64,000 bases of DNA. It comes from Paraspadella gotoi (Eukaryota > Animalia > Chaetognatha). The notes beneath the pieces are model-generated. The model was not told the origin of the DNA, did no database searches, and saw nothing but the letters and a program-made list of their open reading frames with translations. Positions 57,081 through 64,000 of this stretch are shown here, in pieces (the first letter of the stretch is position 1; every line of letters begins with the position of its first letter). The position numbers and the translations under genes are program-made. The DNA lies in contig CM119265.1 of NCBI GenBank assembly GCA_051294375.1, forward strand, positions 25,924,767 to 25,988,766. Direction: 5' to 3'.

Positions 57081-58524
57081 CACGAGCAACTTGAGACTTG
57101 GAAGTGAATGACTCCCTCGCCGCGTTGACAAGTTTCGTCGCTGACTGACGCAAATGGAAACTTTGGTTTTTTTTTCTCTTCGAACGCTGACAAGGCTGTT
57201 GCGTCGAGTCAAATCAGGTTGAAAGGGAAAAAGAGACAAAACAAAAACATTTATTTACACACCTGTGCAAATAAATATTGCTAGATTCCTTCATTATGAA
57301 AAATGTTATAGGTCAAAGGTTATAAGAAAAAAGAACCATTGGTGCAAATTTGGTTAAAATTTAGCAATCCATTTGTGAGCAATGATTTTTTAAAAGTAAC
57401 TACTCAAATTTACATATTTCATATTTCAAAAATCAACTTTTTCCATATAATTTTTTTTATGATGCATTAATAAAACACTCAAAAATCAAGGCTTAACTGC
57501 ATCCTCGGTTTTCCTCAGATCTTCAAAAATGTTTTTTCCCCCTTTTTTTGTTTTAACCATTTGTTTTTTTTCTGTTGCTCTTGAATGGCGGGACCAATTT
57601 TTTAAAAACTTACACATATAGATTCTATTTTCAAAAATCTAAATTGACCAATTAAAATTTTTGTGAATACATGTATAAAACGCTCTTTATTTAGGATTTA
57701 AGAGTGTCCTTTTTTTTTTGCACAGGACTGTATATACAAAAATACATTGTGTATACATTATTTATATATATATCAAAAAATTATAATTGATGGCGAAAGA
57801 AAGAAAGAAAAACAGTAAATCGAAAAAATTAAAAAGAATATTTAAATAAGTAAATACAACAAAAATTGAAAAATTTGAAGAAAAAAAAATTATACTTTGA
57901 NNNNNNNNNNNNNNNNNNNNNNNNNNNNNNNNNNNNNNNNNNNNNNNNNNNNNNNNNNNNNNNNNNNNNNNNNNNNNNNNNNNNNNNNNNNNNNNNNNNN
58001 NNNNNNNNNNNNNNNNNNNNNNNNNNNNNNNNNNNNNNNNNNNNNNNNNNNNNNNNNNNNNNNNNNNNNNNNNNNNNNNNNNNNNNNNNNNNNNNNNNNN
58101 NNNNNNNNNNNNNNNNNNNNNNNNNNNNNNNNNNNNNNNNNNNNNNNNNNNNNNNNNNNNNNNNNNNNNNNNNNNNNNNNNNNNNNNNNNNNNNNNNNNN
58201 NNNNNNNNNNNNNNNNNNNNNNNNNNNNNNNNNNNNNNNNNNNNNNNNNNNNNNNNNNNNNNNNNNNNNNNNNNNNNNNNNNNNNNNNNNNNNNNNNNNN
58301 NNNNNNNNNNNNNNNNNNNNNNNNNNNNNNNNNNNNNNNNNNNNNNNNNNNNNNNNNNNNNNNNNNNNNNNNNNNNNNNNNNNNNNNNNNNNNNNNNNNN
58401 NNNNNNNNNNNNNNNNNNNNNNNNNNNNNNNNNNNNNNNNNNNNNNNNNNNNNNNNNNNNNNNNNNNNNNNNNNNNNNNNNNNNNNNNNNNNNNNNNNNN
58501 NNNNNNNNNNNNNNNNNNNNNNNN

Positions 58525-58560
<36 letters not shown>

Positions 58561-61500
58561 AATTTCAGAATTACTCATTGACTTTTTGCATTCATCAGTC
58601 CTTAGAGGATATTGATATAGTCAATATATAGTCTGTTCAATCTTCTAAAAAATTAACCATAACAAAATCAAGCTATATTCCACTGTTTACTTGTCGAGTT
58701 TTTCTTCCTACCACCAGAGGGACGGCCGTTGGCACTCCGCCATTTTGAAGACGAAATAACGAAAAAAAATGTCATCGGGAAATTCGATCGTAACTCGTGA
58801 CCAAAAATCATATAAAGAAACAAAAAATGATTTATGCGATGATAACTCTTATCTTCGCGCCAAGTCAATACTTCATGTGCATTCTGCAGTTACATCCGGG
58901 TCTATGCTCTATTTGTCAATGCTAGGCGCGACTTCACTAACTTAACAAGATGACAACAGACCAAACAAGGTAGAATAGACAGAATTAGAATAGAATAGAA
59001 TAAAATAAAATAGAATTAGAATATACAGAATCAAAATAATCTAGAATTACCCTCTTTTCAAATCAAGGTTGCAATTTTTTAGGACATTTAAGCTAATATA
59101 TTTTTTTTTCATTGGTTTCTCTCATATCTCTAATAAAGAAAGATAAATAATATCTAGAGGTGTAAAAGGATGTTTTAAAAATTATCCCTTTGTGGAAAAA
59201 CCAAAAATCGCTGCGAACTTTTAAATGACATCTTTTGAACAAAAAAAAAATCCGTGAAATTCTGCTCTCCCTCCGATAACTTTCCCTCCGATAACTTTCC
59301 CCACTGTCTCTCTCTCTCCGACTTTTCTGCGTACAACCTCCAAAAAATGTGGGAAAAGTCGAAAAAGTTGTAGATTAAATCCAGGGTAAACAAAAGAACA
59401 GCTTTTCTTTTTTGGGAGGTAAAAAAAAAAAACCCAAAAAACGGGGAGGGAAAATTTGGGGAAAATCGGCGACGATCGGCCGATCGGGAAGAACGAGGCG
59501 CGAATGGTATTCGTCGTTTCTTTAACAAAACCTTGTTTCGCTTCTTGTTTTGGTTTTTGATAAATCTAAATATAATTATTCCTGATCTTAATTTTAAAAT
59601 GAATTTTCAAGCATAATCCTTTATTAAATCTTAACCCTAATCCCTAGCTAACCTTATTCTTAAACTTGAAAACTAAATTAATGGAAAATTTAAGTCGAAT
59701 TGGGGCGCTTATGTCAATTATTCTACTACCGCAAGTTTGGCAATTATATATTTATTCTTTGCTTTTTCGCATCATTTGAACTGTTCCTACCCGAAGCTCG
59801 ATCGATTCCAGGTTCGTTTTTGCGCATTAATCTAATTTGCATATAGTAGTAGGAATTTTTGGTTCTTGTCTCTTTCTGATATCCTCAAAGCTTTACAGGT
59901 TATCTTCTTGAAATTAAATTTTAGCACGATTTTTTGAAAATTTGTTTTATTTTACTAAATGGTTGGATGACTTTTTTCTTGGCTATAAAATTAATATAAA
60001 ATTCGCTTCCAAATTTATTCATTGAAGAATTAAATATATTATAAAAGCTATCTCATTTGCAAAATTGATANNNNNNNNNNNNNNNNNNNNNNNNNNNNNN
60101 NNNNNNNNNNNNNNNNNNNNNNNNNNNNNNNNNNNNNNNNNNNNNNNNNNNNNNNNNNNNNNNNNNNNNNNNNNNNNNNNNNNNNNNNNNNNNNNNNNNN
60201 NNNNNNNNNNNNNNNNNNNNNNNNNNNNNNNNNNNNNNNNNNNNNNNNNNNNNNNNNNNNNNNNNNNNNNNNNNNNNNNNNNNNNNNNNNNNNNNNNNNN
60301 NNNNNNNNNNNNNNNNNNNNNNNNNNNNNNNNNNNNNNNNNNNNNNNNNNNNNNNNNNNNNNNNNNNNNNNNNNNNNNNNNNNNNNNNNNNNNNNNNNNN
60401 NNNNNNNNNNNNNNNNNNNNNNNNNNNNNNNNNNNNNNNNNNNNNNNNNNNNNNNNNNNNNNNNNNNNNNNNNNNNNNNNNNNNNNNNNNNNNNNNNNNN
60501 NNNNNNNNNNNNNNNNNNNNNNNNNNNNNNNNNNNNNNNNNNNNNNNNNNNNNNNNNNNNNNNNNNNNNNNNNNNNNNNNNNNNNNNNNNNNNNNNNNNN
60601 NNNNNNNNNNNNNNNNNNNNNNNNNNNNNNNNNNNNNNNNNNNNNNNNNNNNNNNNNNNNNNNNNNNNNNNNNNNNNNNNNNNNNNNNNNNNNNNNNNNN
60701 NNNNNNNNNNNNNNNNNNNNNNNNNNNNNNNNNNNNNNNNNNNNNNNNNNNNNNNNNNNNNNNNNNNNNNNNNNNNNNNNNNNNNNNNNNNNNNNNNNNN
60801 NNNNNNNNNNNNNNNNNNNNNNNNNNNNNNNNNNNNNNNNNNNNNNNNNNNNNNATTGTCACAGTCATGATGGATTGATTTAATTGATTCTATTGATTCT
60901 TAAATCTTGAGTGCTAAATTTAACGTATAAGTTGATTGTTGTATTATTATATTTCATGGTTGTCTAATGGTTAGTGTTGTGGTCCCTCTACTCAATATTT
61001 CGCCTACATTTACAGTTAAAATTTTATATTTTTACATTTATACTTTATTACGCTCATGTTTTGACTTTTACCATTTTTAAAGTTTTAAGAACGTTTTTAT
61101 TTTTAAGTTATAACGTTTAGGTAATGTTTTTGCTTTTTTGATTTGATGTTTTTCGTCTACTGAAAAAAAAAATCCTTTCCTTATTGTACGTTCCTAATAT
61201 TTAATGTTTATTAACGTTTCAACCTTTAACGTTCTTGAAAGTTTGTTTATACATTTATTATGGATAAGCGTTTAACTTTTTATAACGTTTCTTAAAAAAG
61301 AAAGAAAAAAAATTATATCTTGAACATTTAGACAACGAATACGTTATTAACGTCTTCGGACGGTCATACGTAATTCCTAGTACACCCGAATAAATATTAA
61401 CAGTGTTTTGACTGTTATTGTGTTTGTTAAATAAAAATCAAATTCTAATACTAAAAGTTGGCAGCTTAAACCAACGATTGAATGAGCAATTTGTCCACTC

Positions 61501-61821
61501 AACCTCGAGCGACTTCTCACTTCATCTTCCTACTTCCTCTGACCCATTTTTATTCCGACCGATCGCCGACGAACGCGACCCCGCGCCCCCTATCCAACCC
61601 GAACCGTGACCCCGCCGTGACCTCGGCGCTTTGGGGNNNNNNNNNNTCCCACCCTCGCCCCCCCCCACTAAAACCTGACATATCGACGAGGAAGAGGATG
61701 TCACGCGGTTTGATCTCCGCTCGACCAGATTGGTAGTTGGCCGTCGCTGACGGAGAAAGAAACGCCCGTTCGAAGCGGAGGGCTGTCGCGTCCAAGTAGT
61801 CGACTTTCGCTTCAATGGGGG

Positions 61822-61950
61822 GAAATGAATGTAAGAATGAAAGGAGAAATGAATGTAAGAATGAAAGGAGAAATGAATGTAAGAGTGAAAGGAGAAATGA
61901 ATGTAAGAATGTAGGGAGAAATGAATGTAAAAATGAAAGGAGAAATGAAT
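61822..61950 (+). repeat. 24-bp tandem repeat (gaaatgaatgtaagaatgaaagga)x~5
   Basis: Head-to-tail copies with no spacers. Confidence 0.9.
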
Positions 61951-62244
61951 GAATTTCAAATGAGAAAAAATTGAAAAAAAAATAAATCAAAGAATGAACA
62001 AATAAATGTAAAAATATTAATGAATAACATATTTAAGGCTGATTTTGAATGAATCAACGAAGTTACTGATATGCGTGAATGAGTTAACAATGTATTAAGA
62101 TGTGATTGATTGAAAATTCTGTGAAGGTCTTAGGAGTTTAAAATATTTCTCTCAACAAGCCATATATTACTCTAGTTATAATTTAACTCTTTCGCCGAAT
62201 GAACTAAGACCGAGTATGTTGGCGTTACCAAACACAATGAAGGA

Positions 62245-62245
<1 letters not shown>

Positions 62246-62288
<43 letters not shown>

Positions 62289-62301
62289 CTCTCTTTCTCC
62301 T

Positions 62302-62366
<65 letters not shown>

Positions 62367-62552
62367 CGTCTGTCAAATCCGTTCAATCAGTGACAGAGAA
62401 TCGTATCTCGTCTTTTTGTTGTTGTTGTTGTTTTTTTTTAAATGCTCTTTTGTTCGGTGCGCCTTTCTCGCGCGAGCGAAAAATAGGAAGAGAGAGAGAA
62501 GAGAGAAAAGAAGAGAGAGAAGAAGAGAAGAGAGAAAGAGAGAAAGAGAGAG

Positions 62553-62636
<84 letters not shown>

Positions 62637-62648
62637 AAGAGAGAGAGA
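62246..62648. repeat. Opposed (CT)n and (GA)n microsatellites
   Basis: (CT)n at ~62246-62362 and (GA)n at ~62488-62648. Confidence 0.9.
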
Positions 62649-63514
62649 TTACAGAACAATACAACGTCGAACAATAAATACAAAAGGAACAAAAGAGAAA
62701 CAAAATCAACCGACGTTCACGCTACTTATTGTGAGACTCACCCGACCACCCCTCTTCACTCACCCACCCCTTCACCTTAGATCACCAATCTTTTTCACCC
62801 TTACCTCCCCCCTTCCCCCCTCACTCTCTCACATCCATCCGTGCGCCGAAACTCCTCCGTTGGCGGACAGGGAGCGCCCCCGTTTCGCGGCCGGATGTAG
62901 ACGACGCGCGTGCGACGTTGGACGCTCGTTAGCCCGTCGGGCACGCCCCAAGCCCCCCAGGGGCTGTAGACGCATCCGAAAGATCTAAAATGGGAAGGAT
63001 GTTACAGGGAGAAAGGGTTTTCAACGGATTATCGAATATTTTACTGTAGCTCTGTTTCACTAATAAGATAATCTTTGTGCAGAATAATGATGTGTCATAA
63101 ACATTAAACAGTGTAAGAAAACATTTAGCTGGGGCCTGTCTCGATCTATATTGAGTTCATCATCGAGAAAAAGTAGAATCGTAAAAGTAAATAAAAAAAT
63201 AAATAAATAAATAAATAAATAAATTTAAACCTTGCCTGTTTATCGTGGGCAGATTAAACCACGAGTTAACCTTCGGCAGAAAATTTAAAATCGTCACGAG
63301 AAAAGCAAGAAGGATGACGCGCGAAACCGAGACTCGTCGCGCCCTCCAGCGGCTAAATGGAAAATTACGAAAGAACAAGTTTGAGCAAACAGTTTGATCT
63401 GCACGCGGGCATTTAGCGGTAAGAAGCGAATCAGATGATAAGTTATGATTAATCTTGGAATTTATTTTTTGATTTAAGACAAATTACCGTCAATGTTTAT
63501 TATTCATAATTTTT

Positions 63515-64000
63515 TGGAGTCTGATCTGCTTATCAGAAGATTCCGACTCTATAATTCTTTGTCGGTCCGTCGGTCCCACCCCTAAATCTTGTCGGTAAAT
63601 AATTTTTAGCATATTAGAACATCATATTATGCTATATTAAGAAAAAAAAATAAAAAACGATGTCCGTCCGTCCGTTCGTCCGTTCGTCTGTCTGACGGTC
63701 CGTCCCCCCTTAGCAACTAACTCAAATTACTCGTGATTGGATGAATGGATTGGAATGAAATTTTGTGTGTGGTTAGGAAAGTGTATGATTGAGCTGGATA
63801 TAAGGTTTCGATGGAATCGTGCGGGTGGAAATGAGTTTAAATGGAAAAAAACATAAGTCACTTTTATTTGAATCTTTTTAATAATTTTAATCCATAATTA
63901 ATCGATTTATTCATTATTAGATGGATAGAATGGGATTAAATTTTGTGTGTGGGTAGGAAAGTAATTAGCATTAGTAATTCATTAATAATAGCAATGGCAA
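63515..64000 (-). mobile_element. DINE/HINE-like non-autonomous element (runs off the window end)
   Basis: Terminal gattccgactctata motif, (gtcc/gtct)n microsatellite, and a duplicated ggaatgaaattttgtgtgtggttaggaaagt block. Confidence 0.55.

Noticed and set aside
56909-57193. DAIF-repeat protein
   Set aside because: The frame is kept open by a degenerate 12-bp minisatellite; there is no supported start or splice context.
46566-60883. Long ORFs full of X
   Set aside because: They are artefacts of reading through N gaps.
61822-61950. CRISPR-like array
   Set aside because: The repeats are head-to-tail with no unique spacers, there are no cas genes, and the context is eukaryotic.
62216-62988. 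RE-rich and SL-rich ORFs (also at 29.9, 46.1 and 48.6 kb)
   Set aside because: They are translations of (GA)n/(CT)n microsatellites.

Overview
Eukaryotic, intron-rich genomic DNA from an animal; the taxon cannot be fixed from sequence alone (GC-rich exons, AT-rich introns, (GA)n microsatellites, several N gaps). The first ~45 kb is gene-dense. In order: anoctamin/TMEM16 (+), an orphan secreted Cys/Pro-rich (GPPG)9 protein (+), ChaC (-), INCENP (-), HAUS6 (-), UBA52/ubiquitin-RPL40 (+), SCAMP (+), uridine-cytidine kinase (+), a claudin/PMP22-superfamily 4-TM protein (-), ANP32 (+), a vWA-domain gene with no identifiable 5' exon (-), and a single-Ig membrane protein (-). All introns I traced by hand are GT-AG. 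The 45-64 kb region has no convincing protein gene but contains GC-rich, splice-site-bounded islands on the - strand. The most notable items are two GC-rich, apparently structured sense-intronic RNA candidates (in INCENP and ANP32), a GG..CC/8-bp-TSD non-autonomous transposon family carrying Penelope-type minimal hammerhead motifs and telomere-like repeats, the orphan secreted protein, and a possible Ig-to-vWA alternative splice. All calls are by eye; no database search or folding program was run.
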